Under the pieces are notes generated by a model. That model searched no databases. It saw nothing but the letters and a program-made list of their open reading frames with translations, and was not told the origin of the DNA. Positions 22,917-36,160 of a stretch of 64,000 bases of DNA are shown one piece after another. Every line of letters begins with the position of its first letter. Within the stretch, counting starts at the first letter, position 1. This DNA comes from Ascoidea asiatica JCM 7603 (taxonomy: Eukaryota > Fungi > Ascomycota), in contig BCKQ01000001.1 of assembly GCA_001600695.1 (NCBI GenBank), positions 2,166,768 through 2,230,767 on the forward strand, given 5' to 3'. Position numbers and translations under genes: made by a program.

Positions 22917-25900
22917 ATGGAAGTTGATAATCTATTATCAAATAATTTAAATTTAAATTTAAATTATCATTCAACTTCAAATTCAACTACTACTAGTAGT
23001 AATAATAACAATAATGCTGCTTCAAATAATGAGAAGATTAAATTTTCAAATGCGAATAAATTAAATACCTTTTATGGGGTATTTATACCAACTTCTTTGA
23101 ATGTTTTATCCATTTTAATGTTTCTTAGATTTGGTTTTATAATTGGTCAATTAGGTATATTATTATCAATTTTAACTTTAATTATATGTTATTCAATAAA
23201 TTTATTAACAACAATGTCTGTATCTGCGATTGCAACTAATGGTATTGTAAGAACTGGTGGCGCTTATTATATGATCTCAAGATCTTTAGGTCCAGAATTT
23301 GGTGGTTCAATTGGTTTAGTTTTTTATATTGGTCAAATTTTAAATTCTTCTTTGAATGTTTTAGGTTTAATTGAACCAATTTTAAATAATTTTGGTAATT
23401 TAAATGGTAATTATTCTAAAATTTTACCAGAATCTGATTTTTTTCAAAAAATTTATTCATCTTTAATTTTATTAATTTGTACAATTATAAGTTCATTTGG
23501 TGGTAAATTAATCTCAACAACTGGTTCTATTTTTTTTATACTTTTAATGATTTCAAATATTTCAATTCCAATTTCAATTTTTTTTGTTAAACCATTTTTT
23601 ATACCAAATTTAAATTCTTTTTATTCTGGTCCAAATTGGTTAAATTTTAAAAATAATTTATTTCCAAATTTTACAATTGGTGCTGCAGGTTCTCAAATGG
23701 AAAGTAAAGAAACTTTTAATGATATTTTTGGAATATTTTTTCCTGCAACTGCTGGAATTTTAGCAGGTTCAAGTATGTCAGGTTCTTTAAAAAATCCTTC
23801 AATTTCAATACCAAATGGTACTTTATGGGGTTTATTATTATCTTTTTCAACTTATTTAATTATTATTATTTCAATTGGTATTTCAATTCCAAGAGATTTA
23901 TTATATAAAGATATTCAAGTTATTCAAACAATTAATTTATCTAAAATTATTATAATTATTGGTGAATTTTCAACTTCTTTATTTTCGGTAATTTGCGGTA
24001 TAATTGGTTCGGCTTCAATTCTTGAAGCAATCGCAAATGATGAAATTTTACCAGGTTTAAAAATTTTTAAAACAAATAAATTTAATTTAACTCCATTATC
24101 TTCAATTTTATTAACTTGGTTAATAACTCAATTTTTTTTATTTTTTAATATTAATCAAATTGCAACTTTTATTACTATGGCTTTTTTAATCACTTTTATA
24201 GTTATAAATTTAGCTTGTTTACTTTTAAAAATTTCTTCTGCTCCTAATTTTAGACCAAGTTTTAAATTTTTTAATGCTGGTACTGCTTTATTTGGTTGTA
24301 TTTCAAATATAATTGCAATGTTTATTGTCGATGGAATTTCTGCCGCTATTGTTTATATTCTAATGTTAATTTTATTTTTATTAATTCATTATACTTCTCC
24401 ACCTAAATCTTGGGGTGATGTTTCTCAATCTTTAATCTATCATCAATTAAGAAAATATTTATTAAAATTAAAACAAAATAATGTTAAATATTGGAGACCT
24501 CAGATTTTGCTTTTAGTTGATAATCCGAGAACTGCTTGGAATTTAATTCAATTTTGTAATAATTTAAAAAAAGGTGGTTTATATATCTTAGGTCATGTAT
24601 CTGTAATGAATAATAATTTTAATTCAATTAATTATCAATCTAATTTTTTGAGAAATTATTTAAAACAAAAAACTGCCTGGTCAAAATTAACTGATTTAAT
24701 GAATCTTAAAGCTTTTATTCAAATTAATATTGATGATTCTGTTTCTTGGGGGGTTAGAAATATTTTTGCAAGTTCAGGTTTAGGTGGTATGAAACCAAAT
24801 ATTGTTGTACTTGGTTTTTATGATATTAATAATAATAGTTATAATACTGTAAAAAAACCTTTTATTAATAAAACTAGTTTAAATGATAGAGAAAGAATTA
24901 AAAATGGATTTTTAAAACAAGTTAATATTGATATTGAAGAATTACCAACTGACAAATTTTGTTTAAAAGAAGAAAAAAATTCGAAAATTGATATGAAACA
25001 ATGGGTTCAAATTATTGAAGATTTAGTTTTAATGAATGGTACAATTGCAATTGCAAAAGGTTTTCCAAGACTTATTTTTCCAAAAGATAATATAAAAATT
25101 TCAAATAATTTAAAATCTTATATTGATTTATATCCAATTCAAATGTCCGCAAAGATTTCAAATAAAAATGGTTCAACTTCTTTGACAACAAATTTTGATA
25201 CATATTCATTAATTTTACAATTAGGTGCAATTTTACATACAGTACCAAAATGGAAAAAAACTCATAAATTAAGAATAATTTTATTTGTTGAAAACAATGA
25301 TGATATAATCGAAGAAAAAAAAAGAATTTCATCATTATTAACAATTTTGAGAATTAGAGCAGAAATTATTATTTTATGTTTTGATTCAAAAAAATTTTTA
25401 GTTTATAATTATATTTGTAAAGGAAATTGTAATAATAAAAAAATTATTGAAAAAGTTAATTCCAAACTTTCTGAAGATGAATGGTGGAATAAATTAATTG
25501 ATATTAGAAAAAATGATAAATTAAATAATAGGAAATTAAATAATAATGTCAAATTTGAAAACTTATTAAATAAAAATAAAAATTTAAATAAAGATAATTT
25601 CAATTTAATTTCAAGAAGTAATACAACAAATTTTTTCAAAAAAGATAGAAAAATGAGTTTACCAAATTTTGAAAAAATGGGTGTTAAATTTAATATGATT
25701 AGTAATAAAATTTTGAACTCAAATATTGTTAATGCAATTTACTCAGATTCTGAAGATAGTGAAGAAAGTGATAGTAATGAATCTATAAGTATTTATGACA
25801 GTGATTCGTCAATTGATAGTAAATCAATAATCAGAAGAAGTAAAACTATGGTTGATAATAATCATAATCATAATCAAATTAGAAGAAAACAAACTGGAAT

Positions 25901-26750
25901 GACTTCTGGAATATCATCAGGAACTCCATTAAACTCAAGTTTTCAATTAAAACATAAAAGAAGTTCAAATGATTTTAAAAATTCATATGAAAATTTTCGA
26001 AATAAAAATTTAAACTTTGAAAATAAAAGGACAGTAAATGAAAGTACAAGTCTTAAATTACCAATAAATTATTCAAGAGAAAATAGTATTCATTCTTTCA
26101 CAGGATCTTTTAGAAAAAGTGGTAAATCAAATTTCTCATCAGAAGCAATACCTGATTCTCTTGTTATTGAAGATGCAAAAGGAGATGAACCATCGGTTAT
26201 GTTTGCGAATAATGAAAGTAATAAATCTATAAGAACAAAAAACAAAAGTAATTGTAAAAATAATAAAAATTGTAAGAATAACATCAGTGATAAACAAGCA
26301 TTAGATGGTTATGATAGTAATAAAAATGAACAAATTAGAATAAATAATGAAGATAATAAAGAAAGCGAAAGTATTAAAGATACCAAGGATAAACGAAATG
26401 AGGAAAATGTTAATGTTGAAGATGAAGATGATAATGATTATGATTATGAACAAGAAGAAAATGAAGGGGAAAATGAAAATGAGGATGATGATGAAAAACT
26501 TGATATAAACGATTTATCATTCAATGATTTACCTGGAAGTGCTCAACATTTAATTTTAAATGAACTTATGAGAGTTACATCTACTAATACGTCGGTTATA
26601 TTTTCAACATTACCAGTTCCAAGAATTGGAATGCATAGAGATGAAAAAGAATGTAAAAATTATATTAATTCATTAGATATTTGGTTTGAAAATTTACCAC
26701 CAGTTTTTTTAGTCAATTCAAGAACAATCACAGTCACGACAGCTTTATAG
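22917..26750 (+). CDS. VHC1: Vacuolar cation-chloride cotransporter (SLC12 family), copy A
   Basis: Motifs [60 protein letters not shown] and [10 protein letters not shown], and the C-terminal TVTTAL. Confidence 0.93.
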   Translation: MEVDNLLSNNLNLNLNYHSTSNSTTTSSNNNNNAASNNEKIKFSNANKLNTFYGVFIPTSLNVLSILMFLRFGFIIGQLGILLSILTLIICYSINLLTTMSVSAIATNGIVRTGGAYYMISRSLGPEFGGSIGLVFYIGQILNSSLNVLGLIEPILNNFGNLNGNYSKILPESDFFQKIYSSLILLICTIISSFGGKLISTTGSIFFILLMISNISIPISIFFVKPFFIPNLNSFYSGPNWLNFKNNLFPNFTIGAAGSQMESKETFNDIFGIFFPATAGILAGSSMSGSLKNPSISIPNGTLWGLLLSFSTYLIIIISIGISIPRDLLYKDIQVIQTINLSKIIIIIGEFSTSLFSVICGIIGSASILEAIANDEILPGLKIFKTNKFNLTPLSSILLTWLITQFFLFFNINQIATFITMAFLITFIVINLACLLLKISSAPNFRPSFKFFNAGTALFGCISNIIAMFIVDGISAAIVYILMLILFLLIHYTSPPKSWGDVSQSLIYHQLRKYLLKLKQNNVKYWRPQILLLVDNPRTAWNLIQFCNNLKKGGLYILGHVSVMNNNFNSINYQSNFLRNYLKQKTAWSKLTDLMNLKAFIQINIDDSVSWGVRNIFASSGLGGMKPNIVVLGFYDINNNSYNTVKKPFINKTSLNDRERIKNGFLKQVNIDIEELPTDKFCLKEEKNSKIDMKQWVQIIEDLVLMNGTIAIAKGFPRLIFPKDNIKISNNLKSYIDLYPIQMSAKISNKNGSTSLTTNFDTYSLILQLGAILHTVPKWKKTHKLRIILFVENNDDIIEEKKRISSLLTILRIRAEIIILCFDSKKFLVYNYICKGNCNNKKIIEKVNSKLSEDEWWNKLIDIRKNDKLNNRKLNNNVKFENLLNKNKNLNKDNFNLISRSNTTNFFKKDRKMSLPNFEKMGVKFNMISNKILNSNIVNAIYSDSEDSEESDSNESISIYDSDSSIDSKSIIRRSKTMVDNNHNHNQIRRKQTGMTSGISSGTPLNSSFQLKHKRSSNDFKNSYENFRNKNLNFENKRTVNESTSLKLPINYSRENSIHSFTGSFRKSGKSNFSSEAIPDSLVIEDAKGDEPSVMFANNESNKSIRTKNKSNCKNNKNCKNNISDKQALDGYDSNKNEQIRINNEDNKESESIKDTKDKRNEENVNVEDEDDNDYDYEQEENEGENENEDDDEKLDINDLSFNDLPGSAQHLILNELMRVTSTNTSVIFSTLPVPRIGMHRDEKECKNYINSLDIWFENLPPVFLVNSRTITVTTAL

Positions 26751-27367
26751 ATTCAATTGATAAAGCATTTTATAGATTTATTTTTTATGTTTTTTCTTCT
26801 TTGAGCTATTTTTTTTATACTTTTTGTTTAATTTTGTTGGTAATTGACATTTGTTAAAAAATAGTCTACTGATTTGTAAACAGAGACCAGGATATTGGGT
26901 GTCGTTTAGTGTTTATTATGACGACACGCAGGTTCCTTCAACAATACGTCGAGACCTCCTTTTGGCTGAAGCAAGAAAATGGTTACGCTAATGATAATGA
27001 TAGTAACCTTACCGGTAATAAAAAAGAAAACAAGCTCATTTTTAGATCATAACAAGATGAAATAAATAAATAATAAATAAAGGTCTATTTTGAAACAGAA
27101 TGTCAGCGCTCGGGAGATAAGAACGCAGGAGGGCTTCTTAGATTCAATACAATAAATCAATAAATACACCTGTTTTGTTTCATATTCTTTTCTGATTCTT
27201 TTAATGATCGATTCTTTTATTCAATCTTTTTTTTATTCTTTTATTATTAGAAAATCAATCTAAGAAGGAACTCTCTATAGAAGAGATAGTAAAACAATTA
27301 AATATCTAATTAATTATTCATCTAGATAACATATATATATTTCATTTTTTTTCATTTTTTTCTTTCA

Positions 27368-30300
27368 ATGGGCGCTACAAATCAATCTCACATTAATAGT
27401 GAAATTACCCATAACTTACTAAGCGCAAGCTCAAATTCTCAAAGCTATGGTTCAATAAATGATTTTTCCCTTAGTAAAAGAAGAACAAATTCTCAGATAA
27501 ATAATTCTCCTCATGTTGAGAATTTTTCAGGCTCTCCAATGTCTGTCTTAAGAACTGATACATCTTCAAATAGAAATATTAATAATAGTCATGCCAATAA
27601 TAGCAATAATAATCACATAGATAATATAAATAATTCTTCGAATAATGATAATTTAAAACCAAAATCAAGTAAACTAGGAACTTTTGATGGTGTATTTATA
27701 CCAACTTCTTTAAATGTTTTATCAATTTTAATGTTCCTTAGATTTGGTTTTGTTGTGGGCCAATTAGGTATACTATTATCAGTTTTAACTTTAGTTTTAT
27801 GTTATTCAATTAATTTGTTAACAACACTTTCAATTTCGGCAATTGCTACAAATGGTACTGTCAGAAAAGGTGGTGCTTATTATATGATTTCAAGATCTTT
27901 AGGTCCAGAATTTGGTGGTTCAATTGGTTTAGTTTTTTTTATTGGTCAAGTACTAAATTCTGCTTTGAATGTTGTGGGTTTAGTTGAAGCTTTATCTAGT
28001 AATTTTGGTGAAACAAAAGGTGCTTTATTTCAATTATTTCCTGATAATTATTGGTACAAATTTTTTTATTCAACATTAATTTTATTATTATCAACAATTT
28101 TCAGTGCCATTGGTTCAAATTTAGTTTCAAAAGCAGGTTCTGTTTTTTTCACTTTATTAATAATTTCAACAGTTTCAATACCATTTTCAACATTGATTGT
28201 TAAACCATTTGAATTTCCGGAATTTAATTTAACTTATTTTGGTCCATCTTGGAAAACTTTTAACAAAAATTTATTTCCAAATTTTACAATTGGTGCTGCT
28301 GGTTCTCAAATAGACGGTAAAGAAACCTTTAATGATATTTTTGGAATTTTTTTTCCTGCAACTGCTGGAATTATGGCCGGTGCAAGTATGTCTGGGTCTT
28401 TGAGAAAACCATCAAAATCAATTTCAAAAGGTACTTTATGGGGTTTATTAGTAACTTTTTTTTGTTATCTATTAGTAATTATTTCTTTAGGTATTTCAAT
28501 TCCAAGAAATTTATTGTATAAAGACATTCAGATAATTCAAGATGTTAATATTTCTGGTTCTTTTATAATAATGGGTGAATTGTCTGCTTCTTTATTTTCA
28601 GTAATTTGTGGTGTAGTTAGTGCTTCGAATATCTTAGAGGCTATTGCATCTGATGAAATTATACCTGGTTTAAATATTTTTGCTGCAAAAGGTGCTGAAG
28701 TTTCTTTTGCAGCAATTTTTATTTCTTGGCTTTTATCTCAATTATGCTTATTTTCTGATGTTAATCAAATTGCAACTTTTATCACAATGGCTTTTTTAAT
28801 TACATTTATTGTTACAAATTTGGCTTGTTTTCTTTTGAGAATTTCTTCTGCTCCAAATTTTAGGCCAAGTTTTAGATATTTTAGTGCTGGAACCGCATTA
28901 CTAGGTGCGATTGTTGGTATAATTGCAATGTTTATTGTTGATCCATTTGCTGCTTCAATGGTATTTATTTTCATGGTAATGTTATTTTTATTAATTCATT
29001 ATACTTGTCCTCCAAAATCTTGGGGTGATGTATCCCAATCTTTAATCTATCATCAAGTTAGAAAATATTTACTAAGATTGAGACAAGATAATGTTAAATA
29101 TTGGAGACCCCAAATTTTACTTCTAGTTGACAATCCAAGAACTGCTTGGAATCTTATGGAATTTTGTAATAGTTTGAAAAAAGGTGGATTATATATCTTA
29201 GGTCATGTAATGTTAATGGGAAAGGATAATAATTCAACAGATTTTGAAGATAATTTTTTTAAGGAACATTTAAAACAAAAAACTTCATGGGTTCAATTAA
29301 GAGATCTGATGAATATTAAAGCTTTTGTTCAAGTAAGTTTCGGTCCTGATATTGTTTGGGGTGTAAGAAATGTTTTTGCAGGTTCTGGATTAGGTGGAAT
29401 GAAACCAAATATTGTCGTTCTTGGTTTTTATAACTCAAAAGCTCATAGAATGATGATGGAGGCTAAATCACTCAATGATAACAGAATTGTTAGTGATTCT
29501 TCTGGTCAAGTTAGATTAAATATTGAATCTTTACCAACTGATGTTTGTAGAAATGAAGAAAAAATTTCAATTCAAGAATATGTTCATATAATTGAAGATT
29601 TAACTTTAATGAAAGCAAATGTTGCTGTTGCTATTGGTTTTGATAAATTGAATACTCCTTTCAATACCTCCTTTGAAGTTTTCGAAAATAGAAAACAAGT
29701 TATTGATTTATATCCAATTCAAATGTCTGCAGAAATTGATAATGATAATGGAGATAAAACAGCTCTTAGTTCAAATTTTGATACTTATACATTAATTTTA
29801 CAATTAGGTGCAATTTTAACTACAGTTCCAAACTGGAAAAAAACTCATAAACTAAGAGTAATTGCATTTGTTGAATCATTTATTGAAGTTGAAGAAGAGA
29901 AGAAAAGAATTTCTACATTATTAACAATTTTAAGAATTAGAGCAGAAATTGTGGTTCTTTGTTTCAAATCTAATAACTATGATATTTATAATTGTATTTG
30001 TAAAGGAAATCATGAAGATAAAAAAATTGTTGAGAAAGTTGATAGCAAATTAAAAGGTGATGAATGGTGGAAAACTTTGAAAGAATTAAGAAATCCTACC
30101 ATTCCAGAGAATAATCCTGAAGAAATTCAAGAAGTTTTACCTAAGCAAGCTGTTATTCATGATAATAATTTATTTAATAAAAGTAGAAAATTTGGTCTTT
30201 CAAGTTTACAAAAATTAGGTATTATATTCAATATGAGAACAAATAAAATTACCAATTCTGATATAGTTCATGCGGTTGAATCAGATTCTGAGGATGAAGG

Positions 30301-31438
30301 ATATGATGATGAATTTAGTTATGAAAGTGATGTTTCAGATATTCATTCAATTCATAGTAGAAATTCGGTTAAAAGAAGAAGAACTGTTAAAGATAATAAT
30401 CATAATGTCAAATCTAATTTCACCAATAACAGTATTGGTATCAATTATAACAACAATAATAATATTAATAATAATAGAAATGTATCTATTTATTATCCAC
30501 CAAAGATAATTTTTCCTAATTCAGATCTCAGAAATATGTTTAAAAGATCACCATCATATTCTAAAGTTCCAACACAAAGTTCATTCGAGGGATTACAAGT
30601 ATTACAAGCACCACCTCCAATATTATCACGAGAAAATAGTTATCAATCATTTGTTGGATCACTTAGAAAAAGTGGTAGACCAAATTTTTCATCACAAGCA
30701 ATGCCAAAATCTCAAGTTGTTGAAGAAGCTAGTGGAAATGAACCAACAATTTTATTTGTTAGAGATGATAATGAATCAATTAGAGCTCCAAGTATTAGAT
30801 CTGTTAAAAAAAGATGTAGTCAAAGAGATTCTAATATTTTATCTTCACCACCGGATGTTAAAGTAATAAATAATCAACTGTGTTCACCAAAAAAAAATGA
30901 TAATTTTGATGAGGAACATATTACTTTAAGTATTGATGGTAATGTTAATGTTAATGCTAATAGTAATAGCAATAGTATCACAAATAATAATATTGATACT
31001 ATTGGAAGATCAAATGAATTTGGAATTAATAATACGATTAATGAAGAATCAGAATATAGTACAATGAATAGCAAAAAATGTTTAAATATAATTGGAAATG
31101 AAAGTGGAACTGCAACTTCAAGTGGTGAAATAAGAGTTGGAGAAGAAGATGAAGAAAGGATTGAAAAAGAAGGAGAAAATGAAGATATTGATATAAATGA
31201 CTTATCATTTAATGATTTACCAGGTATTGCTCAGCATTTGATTTTAAATGAATTGATGCTAAAAACTTCAAAGGAATCCTCAGTTATTTTTTCTACATTA
31301 CCAATACCAATAATTGGTACACATAAAAAAGAAAAAGATTGTATTGAATATATTAATACACTTGAAATCTGGTGTGATAAATTACCACCCATATTATTAA
31401 TAAATTCCAAGACTATGACAGTTACTACAGCATTATAG
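27368..31438 (+). CDS. VHC1: Vacuolar cation-chloride cotransporter (SLC12 family), copy B
   Basis: Same motif set as copy A; an intact tandem paralogue 617 bp downstream. Confidence 0.93.
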   Translation: MGATNQSHINSEITHNLLSASSNSQSYGSINDFSLSKRRTNSQINNSPHVENFSGSPMSVLRTDTSSNRNINNSHANNSNNNHIDNINNSSNNDNLKPKSSKLGTFDGVFIPTSLNVLSILMFLRFGFVVGQLGILLSVLTLVLCYSINLLTTLSISAIATNGTVRKGGAYYMISRSLGPEFGGSIGLVFFIGQVLNSALNVVGLVEALSSNFGETKGALFQLFPDNYWYKFFYSTLILLLSTIFSAIGSNLVSKAGSVFFTLLIISTVSIPFSTLIVKPFEFPEFNLTYFGPSWKTFNKNLFPNFTIGAAGSQIDGKETFNDIFGIFFPATAGIMAGASMSGSLRKPSKSISKGTLWGLLVTFFCYLLVIISLGISIPRNLLYKDIQIIQDVNISGSFIIMGELSASLFSVICGVVSASNILEAIASDEIIPGLNIFAAKGAEVSFAAIFISWLLSQLCLFSDVNQIATFITMAFLITFIVTNLACFLLRISSAPNFRPSFRYFSAGTALLGAIVGIIAMFIVDPFAASMVFIFMVMLFLLIHYTCPPKSWGDVSQSLIYHQVRKYLLRLRQDNVKYWRPQILLLVDNPRTAWNLMEFCNSLKKGGLYILGHVMLMGKDNNSTDFEDNFFKEHLKQKTSWVQLRDLMNIKAFVQVSFGPDIVWGVRNVFAGSGLGGMKPNIVVLGFYNSKAHRMMMEAKSLNDNRIVSDSSGQVRLNIESLPTDVCRNEEKISIQEYVHIIEDLTLMKANVAVAIGFDKLNTPFNTSFEVFENRKQVIDLYPIQMSAEIDNDNGDKTALSSNFDTYTLILQLGAILTTVPNWKKTHKLRVIAFVESFIEVEEEKKRISTLLTILRIRAEIVVLCFKSNNYDIYNCICKGNHEDKKIVEKVDSKLKGDEWWKTLKELRNPTIPENNPEEIQEVLPKQAVIHDNNLFNKSRKFGLSSLQKLGIIFNMRTNKITNSDIVHAVESDSEDEGYDDEFSYESDVSDIHSIHSRNSVKRRRTVKDNNHNVKSNFTNNSIGINYNNNNNINNNRNVSIYYPPKIIFPNSDLRNMFKRSPSYSKVPTQSSFEGLQVLQAPPPILSRENSYQSFVGSLRKSGRPNFSSQAMPKSQVVEEASGNEPTILFVRDDNESIRAPSIRSVKKRCSQRDSNILSSPPDVKVINNQLCSPKKNDNFDEEHITLSIDGNVNVNANSNSNSITNNNIDTIGRSNEFGINNTINEESEYSTMNSKKCLNIIGNESGTATSSGEIRVGEEDEERIEKEGENEDIDINDLSFNDLPGIAQHLILNELMLKTSKESSVIFSTLPIPIIGTHKKEKDCIEYINTLEIWCDKLPPILLINSKTMTVTTAL

Positions 31439-31840
31439 GTTAAAAGAAAAAGAGTGGAATATAATTTAATAGAATAGAATATAATCAAAAGAAGTATGCA
31501 TTGTTTTTTTTTTAATTTTTTGTTTAGATTCTATTTTTAGTGGCTTTCTTATTTGTTATTTTGTTTATTGTTTTTGTTTGTTGTTTATTTGATTAGTTGT
31601 TTGGTTAGTTATTTAATAGTTTAGTAAATTGGTCAGTCATTAAGTTATTTATACTTAGTTTTTAAATAATAATCATAATTGTTATTTTATTCAATTCTTT
31701 AATTTAAATTTAGTCATATAATATTTTTTTTATTTTGCATTTAAAATTCATTCATATACAATATATAAGTTAAAAAGATATAGAAAAAATTGAATATATT
31801 ATTTATTTTTTTTTTGTTTTTTTAGTTTCAATGATTAAAA

Positions 31841-32584
31841 TTATTCTTTTATACTTTTTAAAAGATTTTGTAAATCAGTTGCACTTAAAATTGTAACTTT
31901 TGGAGAACTATTTTCAATATTTGGAGAACTTAAATCAGTTAAATTATCTTGAAGATATTTAATTGTTGCTTTTGCAATTTCATTACCATAAACTGGATAA
32001 GCGCCAAGTAAATTACCTAGATAAGTATTATGTAATTTTTCACCAATAGAAGCAGCAAGATGATTAAATAAACCTTTTGGTTTATCTCTTTCACCAATTA
32101 AAACTCCAGGTCTAATAATTATAGTATGATGAAATTTCAAATCAATTACACTTGAATCTAATTCACCTTTCATTTTTAAATATGGAAATTTTGAATCTTT
32201 ATTTGCACCCATACTTGAAATTAAAATATAAATATTAATATTTTTTAAATTTTTATTAATATTTTTAGCAAAATCTAAATTTAAATCATGATCAATTTTA
32301 TATTGATTTTCAAAAGAACCTTCTGCACCTTTAGTTGTAGCTAAACCTGAAAAAAATATATTAATATTTTGATTTGATTGATTATTTAAATTTATAAAAA
32401 TTTCATTCCATTTACTTGAATCTTTTTCAATTGTTATAGTTGATTTTTTTAATTCATTTTTAGTTTTAATTTCTCTACGAGCAACTGGATATAAATGAGA
32501 AAATAAAGCAGAATTATCAGCTTCTTCAAGAAAAGCTTTTCCAACTAAACCTGTTGCACCAACGATTATTGCTTTGAAAGACAT
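31841..32584 (-). CDS. FMP52: Mitochondrial NAD(P)-binding Rossmann protein (TIP30/Fmp52 family)
   Basis: Motifs GATGLVG, FFSGLATTK, QYKIDHDLNL, YLKMKGEL and IRPGVLIGER. Confidence 0.9.
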   Translation of the reverse strand: MSFKAIIVGATGLVGKAFLEEADNSALFSHLYPVARREIKTKNELKKSTITIEKDSSKWNEIFINLNNQSNQNINIFFSGLATTKGAEGSFENQYKIDHDLNLDFAKNINKNLKNINIYILISSMGANKDSKFPYLKMKGELDSSVIDLKFHHTIIIRPGVLIGERDKPKGLFNHLAASIGEKLHNTYLGNLLGAYPVYGNEIAKATIKYLQDNLTDLSSPNIENSSPKVTILSATDLQNLLKSIKE

Positions 32585-32589
32585 TGTTA

Positions 32590-32623
<34 letters not shown>

Positions 32624-32862
32624 GCGTTAAGTCGATATCAAATTAGAATATATAAAACAAATCAATTGAGTTTAAATACTTTATCTCTTGATATCCAATC
32701 AGTTCATAAATTGATTTGATTGATAGACATTTCAGGAAGGGGCGACAATTGTTACATTATTACAAATCTTCCCCAGAATCAGAAAGCATTGTTTAAACAA
32801 TTTTTTATCAATCCTGCCGTGTTTCGGAACCAGCCAAATGGAACCATCCGAAAAATCAACAG

Positions 32863-32965
32863 AGCCCTACTTCCAAGAAAGCCAAAACAACAACAACATG
32901 AGATAAGAGCCCTAATAAAGCAATCACATGACTAGATTGCACGCGTGATATACTTATCACATGAC
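32863..32965. promoter_or_regulatory. Tbf1-like + Cbf1-like motif module in the FMP52/YRA1 divergent promoter
   Basis: AGCCCTA at 32863 and 32908, TCACATGAC at 32924 and 32957. Confidence 0.5.
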
Positions 32966-33363
32966 TGTTGCTACTAGCCACGAAGATGATCTTTTACAGC
33001 CGCTAATTTCCCTTTTTGGTTATTTTTGCTTTATTTTCACCGCACGACTTTCCCAGCTGATTGAAATTTCCTTGCCACCGTTTGAAAAATTGCAGAGCCA
33101 GTTTCGTTTTCCTCTTTCTTTTACTGTTTTCAAATTGCAAATATTTCCTACTTTACGTATTCTTCTTATTTATTAATCTCTTTCTATCTTTTCTCTTATT
33201 TAATCAATTGTTCAATCCATCAATTAATAAATACATTAGTATACTAGTTAATTATTCAATTAATCAATTATCATAGATAAATCAATTACTGAAATACTGT
33301 TCAGATTACTATCTTATTTTTTGCTATTCTTTCATATCATCAATTAATTATTATTTTTCAATC

Positions 33364-35713
33364 ATGTCTTCTTCAATGGATAAATCTTTAGATGAAATTA
33401 TTTCTTCAAAACCAAAAAGACAATCTCATTTCAATAAAAAGAAATTAAATAATAATAAAGTTGGCAAAAATTTACATTCAAATAAAAATCGTAAATCTAT
33501 TCCAAAAAAAGTTAATGTATCTTTTAAAAATAATAAAGATTCAGTTATTGATGCTTCTTATGCTACAAAATGTGTTGTTTATGGTTTAGTATGTTAACTC
33601 ATAATAAAAGTTATTAAATTAATTAACTTATTAAATTACTCAATATTATCTATCCTATTATTCTCTATATTTATTTAATATAGTATAACTATAGTATATT
33701 AATCTTTACTAACATTATCCTTTTCTTCTGTTTCCCTTATAGCCAAGAGATATTAAACAAGATGCAATTAAAGTATGTTTATCATTATATTTACAGAAAT
33801 GAAAAATTGAAAATGTGAAAAAAAAAACATAAAAGCTCTTATGAATTATAAGGATTATTGAAGAAAAGGATGAGATAGAAGGAGTAAAGATTAAAGATTA
33901 AGATTATTATCAAGATTAAGATTTTGATTAAGATTAAGATTATAATTATTATTGTAATCAATATATAAATGATAGGTCATCTCCATATATGATTCATGCA
34001 TATTGTATTAATATTTTCTATGCAGAATCTATATAATCATCAAAGATTTTGGATATCTGATTTTGGACATTGAATCTTGAAAATTGGATTTGAATATGGA
34101 TATAGGATATCAAATATGAGATATTGGATTCATATTTTGGACCTTGAGATTTTTATATCTTTATAATCAATACTTTTTTTTTATTTTTGGATAAAAAATT
34201 GTTAGTTAAGGGAGGTATTTGGTTATATTGCTTATTTCATTCAATTGATTTCTATTTTGTCATCAATTTTTATTTTCAACTTCATTTTTATTTTTTATTA
34301 AAATATTTATCATTGTTGTTATTATACCAATTATCAAAAGGAGAAATTTAATTATTCAAATTAAAAATAATATTTTTAAAACTCCTAATAATAATGATTT
34401 ATAAACTGTTTAACCAAATTTATCCTTCTTATTTCAATTTAACTTTCAATATATTTTCAAATTTAGTTTTTAAATTTGTTAATGGATAAAAATATGTATT
34501 TTTTGAAAAGCTATACTTCCTTATTTTCAAACTTCTTTATATTGAAAATATCAAAAATTACTATTATTTATAATTACTCATTATTATTTCTATAACTGTT
34601 ACTTTTTAATCTGTATTTATATTATGAAATTATATTGAAGTATAGCCTAGTAAAACAATAATTTATTCATTTCAATAATTATCTATTAATTTGTCAAATA
34701 GATTGATTATCCAATATTTTATTCAATTAATTATCTTATACGGGTATTCAATAGAGGTCTTTGATTATTTAATTATTTCAATCGACTTTCATCTTGGATA
34801 ATATAAAAATTAAAAGTCATTTATATCTCCTTTCTCCTTTTTTATAAAATCTAAACTTTTTTATTTTCAAAATTAAAAAAAAAATAAGAAACAACTATTT
34901 ATCCATCAATCCAATTTTCAAATCCATTTTCATCATTTGTTCTCCAAGATCTATATTTGTTCACTAAATCCTATAAAATGTTTTCAGTATTTCAAATCTT
35001 ATGAATCTTATAAATCTTTTGAGTCTGATAAGTCTTATCTTTATTCTTTTCTTTATCTCATCCTTAGTTCTTAAAAATACTTAGAGTTAAATCAAATTCT
35101 ATTCATTTTTTTAATTACTCTTCAAAATTTATATTGTTTTGCTTTTTTTTTTTCAATTTTTCATTCAATTTTTCTTTAATCATTATATAAATATTCATTC
35201 TAACCATTTATTTTTTTTTTTAAATTCACTTTAGGAATTTTTCCAATCTCAAGTTGGTTCTGTTCATACTGTTGCTTTAAGTTTTAATGAAAATGGTACT
35301 TCTAAAGGAATTGCTACTGTCATTTTCAAAAATTCTGCTGCTGCTCAAAAAGCAATTGATAAATATAATGGTGCTCCTCTTGATAATGGTTCATCTAAAT
35401 TAAAAATTGAATTAATTTTAGATCCAACTAAGAAACCATTAGCTTCAAGAATTCAAGCAAAGTACGTATTAATTTGTTTACTTTTTTCTTTTCTTTTCTA
35501 TTCAAAGTGCATTTGAAAAACTAACTATTTTTACTTTTTCTAAAATTTATTTAAAGTGCTGAAAAACCTCTTAAAAAAACTCTTGATGTCAAAGCAAGAT
35601 CAAAGAAACCATTTCCAAAAGGTAAACCTGCTAAAAAACCTTTCAAGAAACAAACTAAAAAAACTCTTGAAGATTTGGATCAAGAAATGACTGAATATTT
35701 TTCAAAAAAATAA
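33364..35713 (+). CDS. YRA1: mRNA export adaptor Yra1 (REF/Aly), 4 exons: join(33364..33588,33743..33772,35235..35461,35557..35713), 212 aa
   Basis: REF-N MDKSLDEII, spliced RRM VYGL|PRDIKQDAIK|EFFQSQVG...SKGIATVIF, and REF-C KTLEDLDQEMTEYF. Introns: 33589-33742 (GTATGT/TACTAAC/TAG), 33773-35234 (GTATGT/TTCTAAC/TAG) and 35462-35556 (GTACGT/AACTAAC/AAG). The spliced length of 639 nt is in frame. Confidence 0.93.
33773..35234 (+). other. YRA1: 1462-nt structured YRA1 intron 2
   Basis: Splice signals as above. Nested perfect complements at 33798-33813/35150-35165, 33866-33877/35054-35065, 34077-34090/34908-34921 and 34510-34519/34637-34646. Confidence 0.88.
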
Positions 35714-36160
35714 TCAAATTTTTTTTAAAATTAACCAAATATCAAATGCTGCTTGTTTAGTGAAAAAATAATTTTATTTTGCTCTTCAAAACTATTTTAT
35801 TTTGTTATTTTTATTTTATTGATATTTAAAACTTTTTCAAAGCAATTTTCAACTTTTCATTCATTTTCTATGTTTTATCTAATTTTATTTCTTTTGTTTT
35901 TGTCTTATATTCTTTTTAATAAATTTTTTGTATACTATGTCTTTCTAATACTTCAAACATTTTTTCTTTTCATCTCAAAGAATTAGAAGGATTCTCAAAC
36001 AAACTTACTTTCAATATTATCGGTTAAAATTATTGCAATAAATATTTATTAAAGCCAGATGCAAAAAGGTATAGCAAAATAGCAATTAAAAAAAAGAAAA
36101 ATGAATATAAATTAATTTTTGAGCAAATTACATGATTCCAATAAAAAAGACTTTTTTGAT

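Noticed and set aside
33364-33597. 77-aa ORF as a stand-alone gene or YRA1 pseudogene
   Set aside because: It is exon 1 read into intron 1; splicing restores a complete Yra1.
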